From positions 186,001 through 250,000 of IMG/VR virus record IMGVR_UViG_3300036766_002289: DNA of 64,000 nucleotides; one strand, 5' to 3'. Within the stretch, counting starts at the first letter, position 1. Each line of letters opens with the position of its first letter. Shown here one piece after another: positions 32,930-43,691 of the stretch. The position numbers and the translations under genes were made by a program. The notes below the pieces were generated by a model. That model saw only the letters and a program-made list of their open reading frames with translations. It had not been told where the DNA came from and did not search any database.

Positions 32930-33745
32930 ATGCAAATTCGTAGTATTAAAGAAAAAGAAAAAAGAGATAATTGGAAAAAACTCAACCTTTGCCTAAAATG
33001 CGGGTCGTCAGTATTTGACAATAAATCTATGTGTGAATATCACTGGAATAAATATAAAGAAAGACATAACATAATCAGGAAAGAAAAAAGAGAAAAAGGA
33101 ATATGTTATGATTGTCTTCAACCATCTGTTGAAGGTAAGCATTATTGCGAACTCCATATTCGGCATCATAGAAACAAAGGCAGACTTTACAAAAATAATA
33201 ACCCCCAAAAAGTGAGAGCGGATAGTAGAATTTCTTCGGCCAAAATGCGTGCGCAATGTCAAACTAATAATATATGTTTTGGATGTAAATTATCTAATGA
33301 TAGAAAGACTTTATATTGTTCAGCGTGCCTACTTATAAGAAATCAATCTAAAATAAATAGAATGCAAAAAAGATTAGCTGAGGGATTATGCAAAACATGC
33401 GGCCAAAATAAATTTGTCACAAAAGAAGGACAACAATGTGAAATTTGCTATTTAAAATGGATTAATAGAACTTCCCTAAATAATGAACAAAATTATTCAA
33501 ATTTGAAAATACTACTCGAAAGTCAAAACGGAATTTGTCCTTACACTGGCAGAGAACTTATATTAACTGTTAATGCGTCAATCGACCATAAAATACCAAA
33601 ATCAAAAGGCGGCAATAATAATTTAGCAAACTTGCAATGGGTTTATTATGGTGAGGATTTCAACGTTAATTTCATGAAAAGTAATTATCTGGAACAAGAT
33701 TTTCTTGCGGCAATTAGAATAATTTATAAGTACTGTATTACTTAA
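32930..33745 (+). CDS. HNH endonuclease with Cys zinc-binding repeats
   Basis: QNGICPYTG...SIDHKIPKSKGG.N...NLQWV...N..K. Confidence 0.85.
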   Translation: MQIRSIKEKEKRDNWKKLNLCLKCGSSVFDNKSMCEYHWNKYKERHNIIRKEKREKGICYDCLQPSVEGKHYCELHIRHHRNKGRLYKNNNPQKVRADSRISSAKMRAQCQTNNICFGCKLSNDRKTLYCSACLLIRNQSKINRMQKRLAEGLCKTCGQNKFVTKEGQQCEICYLKWINRTSLNNEQNYSNLKILLESQNGICPYTGRELILTVNASIDHKIPKSKGGNNNLANLQWVYYGEDFNVNFMKSNYLEQDFLAAIRIIYKYCIT

Positions 33746-33800
33746 ATACCATACGCTGTACATTTTTGTTATTCCCACTATATACCTAACAAGGAGGAAC

Positions 33801-34031
33801 ATGCAGAAATTAATTACCAGAATTGCTTTGTCTAGGTTCGGTGTAGAAGCTTTCCAAAATGAAGTAAACTCTTACATGGAAGCAGGTTGGGACTTGGTTG
33901 AATACGATGTTGAGCCTGGTTTCTTGAGAATTGTCTGCACTGCATTATTTGAAAAAGCTTGTGATTGTGCCTGTTGCCAGGAAAAATGCTCCTGCGACTG
34001 TGATTGCTGCAAAAAACATCAAGAACCGTAA
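33801..34031 (+). CDS. Small protein with Cys-rich metallothionein-like tail
   Basis: AAGGAGG RBS; C-terminus CDCACCQEKCSCDCDCCKKH. Confidence 0.6.
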   Translation: MQKLITRIALSRFGVEAFQNEVNSYMEAGWDLVEYDVEPGFLRIVCTALFEKACDCACCQEKCSCDCDCCKKHQEP

Positions 34032-34038
34032 TTTTCAG

Positions 34039-34066
34039 TTTACAAAAAATGAATCCGTAGTATACT
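34039..34066 (+). promoter_or_regulatory. Sigma70-type promoter TTTACA-N16-TATACT with GTAG before -10
   Basis: Intergenic; ATG at 34074 directly downstream. Confidence 0.65.
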
Positions 34067-34581
34067 AGGTGAGATGAATCCTTGGTTTATTGCTGGTGTT
34101 CTGCTAGGGCTATTGGACTTAATAGCCTTGTGGGTCTGTGCCCATACTGAGTACTTTGCTCAGTTTATGTGGGTTCATAGCCTCATCCTCGCCATTTCCG
34201 TTGCCTGGGTCTGGTTGGTTCGGCCCATGAGGAAAAAATGAAAACCTACGTCCTTATAGGAAACGTGGATGAAAGCAATGCAAATTGCCTTACTGAAAAA
34301 GGACAAAACATCCGCGAGTTGATTCCTGGCACCACAGAAATTAAAAAAGAGTTTGATGCACCTAGTTGGGAGATTGCCAGATTTGTGTATGACGAATACA
34401 ATGGGTATTGTTCAGTAGCGTCTGAATACATTCCAGCATTGGCGGCATATTACGGATACAAAGTAGAAAAAATTTCAAGTAAAAATGAAAAAGAAGCCGT
34501 TGTGTTTTTGTATATTTCATTGTTCATTAGTGCTGTTGTTGGCGCATTTATAAATTTTCTATTCTCGGTTTTTGTTGGCTG

Positions 34582-34597
34582 ATAGCTTAGTTGTACC
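34582..34597 (+). promoter_or_regulatory. 16-bp motif copy 4
   Basis: ATAGCTTAGTTGTACC followed by GAGGT and ATG at 34610. Confidence 0.75.
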
Positions 34598-34609
34598 AGT
34601 GAGGTCTCA

Positions 34610-34771
34610 ATGGCTAGTAAAAATGACGAAGGCGCAGCATTTTTGATTCTTGTGTTTGTAAGTGCTGTAATTGGTGCCTGCATAAGTTTTGGTATCAATG
34701 GCACAATACAATCCGCCTTCCTTGGGTTTGGCATAGGTGCAGTAATACCGATTATCATGTTGATGCTATAG
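34610..34771 (+). CDS. Small two-TM membrane protein (not in the ORF track)
   Basis: MASKNDEGAAFLILVFVSAVIGACISFG...MLML; RBS present; bracketed by two motif copies. Confidence 0.7.
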   Translation: MASKNDEGAAFLILVFVSAVIGACISFGINGTIQSAFLGFGIGAVIPIIMLML

Positions 34772-34783
34772 CTTAGTTGTACC
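34768..34783 (+). promoter_or_regulatory. 16-bp motif copy 5
   Basis: ATAGCTTAGTTGTACC upstream of rIIB-like gene. Confidence 0.75.
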
Positions 34784-34822
34784 AGTGGATTTGTTCTGAA
34801 ACCTAAAAACAGGAGAACTTTC

Positions 34823-35725
34823 ATGATTCCTAGTGGCGTTATCATCTCGGATTCTGGCACCATCACTGTCTCTGTCAATGGCAAGCTATTTTCTTTTGCC
34901 AATGACCACATGAACTACAATCTTGTGAAGGAAGCACTCAAGAAGAATGATTTAGATTCTATTGAAAAGCTTGCCGATATTCCCAAATCTGTTACCGCAT
35001 ATACGGGTGCTGCGGTGGTTGTCAAGGATGGCATGGTCCTTTATAAGGACAAACCGCTTGACAATAGTTTAACTCGCCGCATTCTTAACCTTATGAATGA
35101 AGGCTTCCCGTTTGAACCTATGCTTAAGTTCCTTGAGAATTTGATGCTCAATCCTTCGTGTCATGCGGTCAAGGAACTTTATGGTTTCCTTGTTCATCGC
35201 AACCTGCCGATTACTGTGGATGGGTGCTTTCTGGCATATAAGTCGGTTACGCCTGAATACCTGGATTGGAACTCTCGGTCTATCGACAATAAGGTTGGTG
35301 CTAAGATTGAGCCTATGGAACGTAATGAAGTCGATGATAACTGGCGTGAAGCCTGCTCCAGTGGTTATCATGTTGGCTCAATCGAGTATGTTGATGGTTT
35401 CCATCGCCATGATGGGCATATTATGATTGTTAAGGTCAATCCGAAGGATGTGGTTAGCGTGCCTGTCAATGAATGCACTAAATGCCGCACCTGTTGGTAT
35501 GAAGTCGTGGGTGAAATGCAAGAGGAAGAATTGGTTCGTCCTGTCTACGCCACTACCGATACCAGCTATACCCCGTCTGTGCCTACCACTTGGTCTGACG
35601 GCGCGGCTTGGCCAGATAGTGACGATGAAGAAAATGATGAAGATGATTATGAAGATTGGGGCGGTGACGAAGACGACGATGATGACGATGAAGACGATGA
35701 TGAATTCGGCCCCGCTGAGCATTGA
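34823..35725 (+). CDS. rIIB: T4 rIIB-like protein
   Basis: FLENLMLNPS, ELYGFL, ITVDGCFLAYK, M.R..VDD....CSSGYHVG, VKVNPKDVVSVP, KCRTC.YEVV; acidic tail. Confidence 0.85.
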   Translation: MIPSGVIISDSGTITVSVNGKLFSFANDHMNYNLVKEALKKNDLDSIEKLADIPKSVTAYTGAAVVVKDGMVLYKDKPLDNSLTRRILNLMNEGFPFEPMLKFLENLMLNPSCHAVKELYGFLVHRNLPITVDGCFLAYKSVTPEYLDWNSRSIDNKVGAKIEPMERNEVDDNWREACSSGYHVGSIEYVDGFHRHDGHIMIVKVNPKDVVSVPVNECTKCRTCWYEVVGEMQEEELVRPVYATTDTSYTPSVPTTWSDGAAWPDSDDEENDEDDYEDWGGDEDDDDDDEDDDEFGPAEH

Positions 35726-35741
35726 TTGATTTTGTAACATT

Positions 35742-35779
35742 AAATGGGGACTAGAGTTTTTCTAGTCCCCATTTTCTTT
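35742..35779 (+). terminator. Rho-independent terminator
   Basis: 14-bp stem AAATGGGGACTAGA/TCTAGTCCCCATTT with T-rich tail after rIIB-like gene. Confidence 0.85.
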
Positions 35780-36673
35780 AGAAAGGAATATAAAAATGAT
35801 TGTTGTGGGGAGAAACGATACCAAGCCAATCAGTCCTGAAATCAGGATTAAGTATTTCAATACTTTGAACGAAGCTGAAGATTTCATTGATTGGATTGAA
35901 AACAACATTGATAGAGAAGGCGTCCGTAAGGGTGATTACTACATTGACGGTCCTGAAAGTGGTATGCCTGAAATTAAGGAGGCAATGGTGATTTTGAGTT
36001 CAGCTTGTGATAAGGTTTATCTTGAAACAGATTTGCCTTGTCCGTTTGTTAAGAATTTCTTGCCTAAGCAACCGCCATTGACTATCCAGTTTGATACGAC
36101 CTATGATACTGGTGTTCAGTATGTGCGGGATAATTTTGGTTTGGACCCTGAAGTAATTAATACTCGGAACTAACAGGAGAATAATCATGGGTATTGACCA
36201 TAATGCTTATATTGGACCTTATCTCCGCGTAACGGGGACTGTTGAAAAAAGAGAAGTGGATTATTGTGCAGATCATAACCGTGGTGATGCTGCTTATTGC
36301 CCGCAATGCGGCAAATCTAAAAAGGACCGCATTAGTGTTAAAGAAGGCAATAATGCACCAGGCGATTGGCAAGGTGAATATCCCAAGGGCGAATTCTACA
36401 ATTATTTAAGTTCTACCGCTCATTACTCAGACCCTGATATTAAGGATGGTAAGAGAACATATATTTATATCCCAAATCGCTATTACAAGGAAATGAGTAT
36501 TCCATCCATTGAAGGTGGTAAGTATTCTGAGGAAGAAGTTGACTTGGAAGCCCTGAATGTTGCAGAAATGAAGAAAAAATTCACCAAACTCTTCAAGGAC
36601 GAAATTGCTTATTTGAAGCAGTGGTTTGAAGTGGAAATAAAATTCGGCTATATCAGCTATTGTTCATAGACGG

Positions 36674-36689
36674 ATACCTTAGTTGTACC
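36674..36689 (+). promoter_or_regulatory. 16-bp motif copy 6 (ATACCTTAGTTGTACC)
   Basis: One mismatch; upstream of rIIA-like gene. Confidence 0.75.
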
Positions 36690-36735
36690 AGTAGAGTCAG
36701 AGTTGAGAACAAGGGTTTTACTTGGAGTAATAAAT

Positions 36736-38862
36736 GTGAAGCTGGAAGACAAGGTTGGCAAGGTCATTATTTCCGCTGGTATGAAGGTTACTAATTTCCG
36801 CATCAAGGTCAACAAGCATTCTTTTAAGCAGCTTTATAGCGGTCTTTACAGCGATAAGATTCACGCTATCATTCGTGAACTTTCCACTAATGCCGCTGAT
36901 GCGCATGTTTCTGCTGCCAAGCCCGATGTTCCCTTTGAAGTTCACCTGCCTTCTGAAATGGAACCATATTTCTCTGTCAAGGACTATGGTACTGGCCTTT
37001 CCCCAGAGCAAATCGCTGGTGAGAACGGCATTTATATCACTTTCTTTGAATCTGACAAGTCCCACAGTGACGATTTTACTGGTTGTTTGGGCTTGGGGTC
37101 CAAGTCTCCCTTCGCTTATACTGATAACTTCATGGTCGAAAGTCGTTATAATGGCAAGCGTTACAGCTATGTTTGTTTCCATAACGAATCTGGTGAACCG
37201 TGTATTGCTCAAATGGGCGAATGCGATACGGATGAGCCTAATGGTCTTAAGGTCGAATTTGCCGTTAAGACGGATGATTTCTATGAATTTCATGGTAAGG
37301 CTGAAGACGTTTTGAGTTGGTTTAAGGTCAAGCCTAACGTTTATGGCAAGGAATTCAAGCCTAACGTGCATGAATATCTCCGTAAGACGGAGCGTTATGG
37401 TGTTCGCAAGGAACGCGAAGGGCATTCTATGGTGGTCATGGGCAATGTTGCCTATAAGGTTAGTGCTGGAGATTTCTCTTATAATAAGCTTAATGACGTT
37501 GAGCGGGATGTTCTTGAATGGGGCGTTGATCTTTTCGTGGACATTGGGGACGTTGAATTCGTTCCTAGCCGTGAAAAGCTGGCAATGACTGATAAGACGA
37601 TTCGTGGCGTTCGCAAATTTCTTGGTGACGCCATCAAGTCTATTCAGGAAGAATTGGAAATTCATGTGCAGAAGTCGCCTTCGGTTTGGAAGGCGCGTCG
37701 AATGCTTCACGATATTAAGCATTCGATTTTGGGCAAGGTCCGTAGTATGACTACGGTAATGTATAATGGTAAGGAAATTTGTGACTATATTAGTCTAAAT
37801 AAGTTCTTTGCGGATAAATTGGTTGCTCGGCCTTTGTTTGAGTCTCTTTCGCTCAAGAAGTCGCATTACAGGCGAGCTAGTGAAGAGAAGATTTACTGCG
37901 ATACGACTAAGATTTATTTTAATGATTTGGAGCATGGCGGCTATGCTCGAATCACGAATGATCTTCGCAATAATGACACTAGTAAGGCTTATTGCGTGAG
38001 TGGTGCCACCAAGGAGTTTCTTGAAGAAACTGGTATTGGGGAAGTGGCAATTAGGGCTTCCAGTCTGCCTAAGACGGAGCGCGCCAAGCGTGAACGGGTC
38101 GAGGGTGAAGCTGGCGGGTATGTTAAGCGGACTGTCTTGCAGGAATATGTTCCTAATGGTGGTTCCTACGCTGGTAATTGGTGGAATGACGTTGAGGTTG
38201 ACCTCAATGCTGGTGGGGTTTACGTTGTAATTTCCTATGGTCAGATTGTTATGGAAGGCGAGGGCCGTAAGCGCACGCCAGAAGACTATCGGGAGAGGTA
38301 TAATGTTGTTAAGGCTTTGAATCCAGCCTTTAAGTTGCTTGCAATCCGTCCCGCTCACTTGGAGAAGATGGGCAAGCATAAGAGCAAGTGGATTAAGTTT
38401 GAAGATTACCTTAACATTCTGCTCAAGGAAAAGGAACATTTGATTGCGGTTACGTTGGCATACTTGCAGTATGAAGAGTGTGAGAACAGGGACCATTACG
38501 AACGTTTTAGTAAGGAAGACTTTGAAGATCATTCTTTGTTTGGTGAATTCCTTGAAAAGTTGGTCGATGCTAAGGCTCAATGTAAGAATACTGAAGCGAT
38601 TGCCTATTCGGAGTTAAATCGGTATGCTTCGGCCAAGTGCCCTGTTCTTGTTAAGAAGCTTGGCCTTGACCACATGCGGCGTAAGGTTGAAGAAGAATAT
38701 CCTCTTCTTCCTATGGTTGACTGGTATGGTCGTAATAAGCCTGAGTTTGTTAAATCGGTTTCTGAGTATATTCGGGCTTTGGATGATCGACGTTTAGATG
38801 GTATTATCGCACACCATTCTTCCGTTAGGGAGGCGGAAGTGCATCTTGAGGAAGCGGTGTAA
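36736..38862 (+). CDS. rIIA: T4 rIIA-like protein with N-terminal GHKL ATPase domain
   Basis: LYSDKIHAIIRELSTNAADAH, VKDYGTGLS, GCLGLGSKSPFAYTD, VVMGNVAY, PSREKL; GTG start after GGAG. Confidence 0.9.
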   Translation: MKLEDKVGKVIISAGMKVTNFRIKVNKHSFKQLYSGLYSDKIHAIIRELSTNAADAHVSAAKPDVPFEVHLPSEMEPYFSVKDYGTGLSPEQIAGENGIYITFFESDKSHSDDFTGCLGLGSKSPFAYTDNFMVESRYNGKRYSYVCFHNESGEPCIAQMGECDTDEPNGLKVEFAVKTDDFYEFHGKAEDVLSWFKVKPNVYGKEFKPNVHEYLRKTERYGVRKEREGHSMVVMGNVAYKVSAGDFSYNKLNDVERDVLEWGVDLFVDIGDVEFVPSREKLAMTDKTIRGVRKFLGDAIKSIQEELEIHVQKSPSVWKARRMLHDIKHSILGKVRSMTTVMYNGKEICDYISLNKFFADKLVARPLFESLSLKKSHYRRASEEKIYCDTTKIYFNDLEHGGYARITNDLRNNDTSKAYCVSGATKEFLEETGIGEVAIRASSLPKTERAKRERVEGEAGGYVKRTVLQEYVPNGGSYAGNWWNDVEVDLNAGGVYVVISYGQIVMEGEGRKRTPEDYRERYNVVKALNPAFKLLAIRPAHLEKMGKHKSKWIKFEDYLNILLKEKEHLIAVTLAYLQYEECENRDHYERFSKEDFEDHSLFGEFLEKLVDAKAQCKNTEAIAYSELNRYASAKCPVLVKKLGLDHMRRKVEEEYPLLPMVDWYGRNKPEFVKSVSEYIRALDDRRLDGIIAHHSSVREAEVHLEEAV

Positions 38863-41800
38863 TTATGCGTGAAGATATGGACAAAGTTGTTGGGGACAAA
38901 TCTCGCCGTGGAAGGAAGGTTAAGACCCAAAAGGGGGAGAACCGCAAAAAGACTTGGGAAGAGACTCACGAAATTGAGTCTAAAACCGAACCAGTGCGGG
39001 ACAAATGGGGTAGCAGGCGGTATTACGGACGGAGCAAACCACTCTATAATTTCCTAAAGAGCAAAATTGGTTGCAAATGGGATGATGTTTATTCCGAGAT
39101 TTGTGCCCAGATGAGCAAGGATTCAATTGCTCAAAAATGGGTCCGTGACCAAGTTTTTAACTTTGTATATGTGCATTGTTTCGAGTACAATGGACAAGTA
39201 TACGATGCAAAGGGCCTACCAATAAGCGGTGGGCGGGTGTGGCACACCTTGTATGTCTTGGACGGAATTCTTTACAAAGTTCCTGACCGAGAAAAGAAAT
39301 ACAGAAGGCCAAAAGCAAAATTCCAAGCAGGAATTTGCCCATTACTGTATAATGGCATCTGGTATGAAGTAACATTGCGAGAGGTTAGGTCGAAATATAG
39401 GGCCGCAATGCCAAAGGATGGTTTGCGAGACAAATTCTTGGGCTTTGTTACTGAGCAAAGCGTATTAAACAATTTCTATGGGACGGACTACAGCAATACT
39501 GTATACTGCACCGAGAAACGCCAGATGAACAAACGAGAAATTAGGAGAATAGCAAATGCATAAGTGGTTGTTTTTACTTGCCTTTATCGGCGGATGCCAT
39601 ACTCAGGTTGGTATTAATCAGCAACAGGTTAATCATAAGCCAACCGTGGAGTATGAAGCAGAAACGCCTTTCGTTCTTAAACAGGTTGAAAGAAATGCTC
39701 TTGTTTTTGAAAGTGAAAACGGCTTTGCCGTGATGCGTGGATTTCATATAGACAAGAAGCTCATTGGTGGTGTATACTACTTTACGAAGAAAGATGGAGT
39801 TGTCAAATCCATCAGGTTTGTTGGTGAACTTGCTCCATTCCCTAGAGATACCTATGAAAAAAATTGAGTTTGAAGGCTTATTAAGTGGTGATTATGAATG
39901 TTTTTGTTGGGACGTGACGAAGGAAGTATTCAAGCAAGTTACTGGTAAAAATCCTTGCAAATGGGACAAATCTACTTTTAACAAGAAATTTTTCAAGCTG
40001 TATCCTGGGGCGGTATTAGAAGCCTTGGGCATTCAATCCAATGCTAAGTGCAAGATTAAGATTAGTGGTGGAACGGTAAAAGAGGGTAAAGCACTACCCA
40101 TTACTTCTCACCAAGACTTGATTAATAAATTATGAACACTCCAATGACTAAAGCTGCCAGAAAGCGTTACATACAAAGTGCGGGGACGGATGGTTGCCCC
40201 TATTGTAAGGCAGACATGGAACAATTCGATTATGGGGAAATGGACCCTGTAGAAGATGGGTCCGTTGAACAAAAAGTCAAGTGTTTACAATGCAAGCGGG
40301 TATGGATGGATGTGTTTCTCCTTAAAGAAGTGCGTGAACTTTGTTGCTGGTGATTTATGAAAAACTGTCATTGTGAAGCTTGTCATGATCTTCGAGATGT
40401 TGAACGTTATTTAATTCTTTGTCCAAAATGTGGCAACAAACGATGTCCGCACGCTGAAAACCATAAGTATAAGTGTACTAGCAGTAATGAGTTAGACCAG
40501 ATTGGTGAAGAAGAATTAATTACTTGTGGGATGGAATGCAAGCCTGGTAAAATCAGTAAGATAGTGGCCGAAAAACTCGACCAGCTTATTGAAATGTATG
40601 AAGATGGGTCGATTACCAAATCTACTTTAGTTGTCATGATCGACGAATTTTACGAAAGAAGGCATCTAGATGGCCAGAACTAAGTTGGAAATTAATAAGG
40701 TTGAATTCCAGACATTAGTGACTGCTTTAGAGGCTAAGCAGACTTTTGCCAATCCTAGTCATCTTTGGAAGGCGGTTGAGGATAGTGCTTGGGCAAAGCA
40801 ACAGCAACCCCGTGCTTTGACGGCATCTGTGGCTTTTGCCCGTGCTAAAGAGCTTGGTATTGTCTCAGTGACACCTCCAGGCAAGAAAGGTCGCGGCGGT
40901 AATCCTAATCTTGGCAATTATGTAAGGGGGCCAAGGATTCCCCGTAGTCAAAAGATGAAGGCTTTTGGTGAATCTTTCACTATTATGCGGGAAGAAGTCC
41001 CAGAACAATATCAAGGATTGATTGATAAGATTGAAAAGGGTAGTATTAAGGCTGCTATTAAGTTGAAGTGTTTAGATTGTTCTGCGTGGGATATGAAGGA
41101 AGTTAGGGGCTGCGTCTGTCCTGGTTGTTCTTTATACCCATTCCGTCCAGGGGCTAATAAGAAGGTGGTGGCAAATGTATCTGAAGTTGAAGATGAAAGT
41201 GATGATTAATGAACACAGAAGTTGACCATGAATATACTAATTGTATTGTTTGTCCATATTGCGGCCATCAGTTCAAAGATTCATGGGAATATGGCAGGGG
41301 TGAAGGATATTTAGGAGAAATTGCCTGTGAACTTTGCGAGGAGTCTTTCCATGCAAGAAGGATGATAACGGTTACATACACTACTAGTAAGGACTGATAT
41401 GAAAGTTGAAAAAGTTAAAAATGTTTGGGATGGTGCAGTAAACGGGCTTGATGAAATTACTTTTACTGCCACTAAAGAAGAAACGGACGAGTTAAGGAAT
41501 GCTTTGGCCATCGTGAATAAATGGCAAAAGCAAGCTTTGAAGGAAGTCCCAGGTGCTAAGGGTGCTGATTGGACAATGGTAAAATACGCGGTTAAAACCG
41601 ATAGAGTGATAGTCGGTGTTGAATCAGGAGCATGTGGATAATGTATTACGTTCAAAGTGCGAGCAATATGCTTTACAAAGTCAGTGATGCCCTGAAAGTG
41701 TTGTTTGGGGATAAGGCTGATGTGCAATGGTCTAATGGTAAAGTATATGTAAGGGTTAAGAGTGGGTTTCCGTCAGAAGACCATTATCTTACTCCTGCAC

Positions 41801-42150
41801 AAATATCGCAGGGCGTAATTGGTGGCGGAAGAATTGATGGTCTTGATGGGAAAATGTTTGTAATTGATACTAACGAAATTAAGGAATGGCCTTGGAAGGA
41901 TTAAGTATGGACCCTAAATTTATTAAAGTAATCCATAGGCGTTTGTCGCAATTGACTTATTTAACTGAAAATGGAGCCTCAGAGGATTTAATCCAATTTC
42001 AATTTACTCAATTTGTAGCTATGGTTGCTGAGGAAGCCCAGAAATTGTATGGTAAATTAGAGTATGGTGACTTAATAATTGAAGTGAAAAAGAAAGACCC
42101 AGAACAGTATCGGGCAGAACAGAAAAAGCTCTTAGAACAAATGGTAAAAA

Positions 42151-42309
42151 ATGAATAATTTTGGTTTCACTATAGGTGGCGTAATTGGTTTCCTGATTAT
42201 TGTAATTTTTATTTTTGCTGGTATATTTGAGCGGTCAGCATTGATTGGTTCAAGTATTGGCATTTTCATTTGCATGATCTTGGACTTTATGCTTATGGGA
42301 AGGAAATAG
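42151..42309 (+). CDS. Small two-TM membrane protein, paralog A (not in the ORF track)
   Basis: MNNFGFTIGGVIG...ICMILDFM. Confidence 0.6.
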   Translation: MNNFGFTIGGVIGFLIIVIFIFAGIFERSALIGSSIGIFICMILDFMLMGRK

Positions 42310-42311
42310 AA

Positions 42312-42473
42312 ATGGGAATTTATGATTTTGGTTATACTTGCGGCGGATTAATCGGGACAGCAATTTCCTTTGGCTGTGTCTATTTTGGTTTGATGGCTCC
42401 CTTGTTTCTATGGGGGACGCTTTTCGGACTTGCTGTCTGTATTGTTTTGGATGTTATGAGCTATCGGGGATAA
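42312..42473 (+). CDS. Small two-TM membrane protein, paralog B
   Basis: MGIYDFGYTCGGLIG...VCIVLDVM. Confidence 0.6.
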   Translation: MGIYDFGYTCGGLIGTAISFGCVYFGLMAPLFLWGTLFGLAVCIVLDVMSYRG

Positions 42474-42637
42474 ATATAACATGCATAGTAATCACCATCC
42501 AGAGCATAATACTTTCCCTGCTGATAAGATGCTCCCTGTAGCTGAATCCAGCAATCCATTTATCTCAAAAAGATACAAAAAGTTTCTTAAACTAGAACAT
42601 AGTCGTAGGTCAAGGAGGTTTCTGAAGAGGCAATTAA

Positions 42638-43126
42638 ATGATCCAAATAGCAATTATACTAAGTAAAAGACTCTGTGAACCAAGGGCCGCTCATGCCGAA
42701 AGAGTCGCTAATTTATTAGGCAACGCTTCCGAGGTTGAAATCTCCGCTGCGTATCTCCATGATATCATTGAAGATAGGGCGATGGATGAAGACGAACTAC
42801 TAGAAATAATGGGAGAGGAAGTAACTGATATTGTTTTAGAGCTTACAGACACTTCTTTTAGTAAGATCAGGGAATATGAATATTTAAGGTGGGCGAGTCA
42901 TTCGGCCAAGAGGATTAAGTTGGCAGATCGTATTGACAATATTAAGAAGAGAATGACCAGTAATCATGTAATGTATTATGCATTGGAGTCTGAGAGGTTA
43001 TTGGGGGTTCTCAAGGGCACGGATAGGTGTTTAGAATGTATTTTACGTTCATTTGTGGTAGAATTGAAGGCAAGGTGTGCTAAATACCCACATGAAAACC
43101 TTCTTGGAAAGTTTGGTTCAGCCTAG
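42638..43126 (+). CDS. RelA/SpoT-type HD hydrolase (small alarmone hydrolase-like)
   Basis: HAERVA, AAYLHDIIED, V.ELTD, IKLADRIDN. Confidence 0.75.
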   Translation: MIQIAIILSKRLCEPRAAHAERVANLLGNASEVEISAAYLHDIIEDRAMDEDELLEIMGEEVTDIVLELTDTSFSKIREYEYLRWASHSAKRIKLADRIDNIKKRMTSNHVMYYALESERLLGVLKGTDRCLECILRSFVVELKARCAKYPHENLLGKFGSA

Positions 43127-43691
43127 AACAAGAGTCTGGTGTGAAGCCGACAATCTTTCCCCTACAGATATTTATGATTTTTATTTTCTTTGCACTGGAT
43201 TGAGCTACAATCAGATAGATGTTAAGGACTATAATTTAGCTGAATTTTATTTGAGAGAAATCAAAGATAATTACCTTAGAACTTTCGGTAATATGCTTGC
43301 TGAACAGATCAAGAAGTATTATTCTAGGAAAAGGGTTGATCCTAATTTCAACATTAGTCAGTTAAACGCTGGAGACTTTGCAGGTTTGAAGGCACTTATG
43401 GCACAGACCTGGCGTAGTGATATGCGTAGAAGGAATGAAGTATGGAATAGCTTAGCGGATTATGTCTACAAGCTGTCCATGACTAATAATGCAAGGGATA
43501 TTTGTAGTATACTCGATAGGATTAATAATGCTGTTCACAATACAGAAGAAATAATGCTTTCTAAGTTAGGACATTCTTTCCAGCAAGCTTATGACAATGT
43601 TCATAGGTCTAGGACGCCTAAAGATTATGTTAAGTATGTGAGTCCAGAAGTTCGGCGGTTAATGAAGATTTGGTTTGGGCCTGGGAGATAA
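43092..43691 (+). CDS. Hypothetical protein, candidate head-internal protein
   Basis: Start MKTFLESL, 5 nt after CTAAATA. Confidence 0.5.
   Translation: MKTFLESLVQPRTRVWCEADNLSPTDIYDFYFLCTGLSYNQIDVKDYNLAEFYLREIKDNYLRTFGNMLAEQIKKYYSRKRVDPNFNISQLNAGDFAGLKALMAQTWRSDMRRRNEVWNSLADYVYKLSMTNNARDICSILDRINNAVHNTEEIMLSKLGHSFQQAYDNVHRSRTPKDYVKYVSPEVRRLMKIWFGPGR

Noticed and set aside
9062-33745. HNH genes as intron-encoded ORFs
   Set aside because: They sit between intact genes with minimal flanks; no split host gene or intron core sequence is visible, so they are treated as free-standing
35618-35705. GAY/GAA-rich simple repeat
   Set aside because: Simply encodes the Asp/Glu-rich tail of the rIIB-like protein
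36718-38580. Long minus-strand ORFs (334 and 261 aa; similarly 59413-60117)
   Set aside because: Antisense shadows of well-supported + genes, explained by avoidance of TTA/CTA/TCA codons; no motifs or RBS
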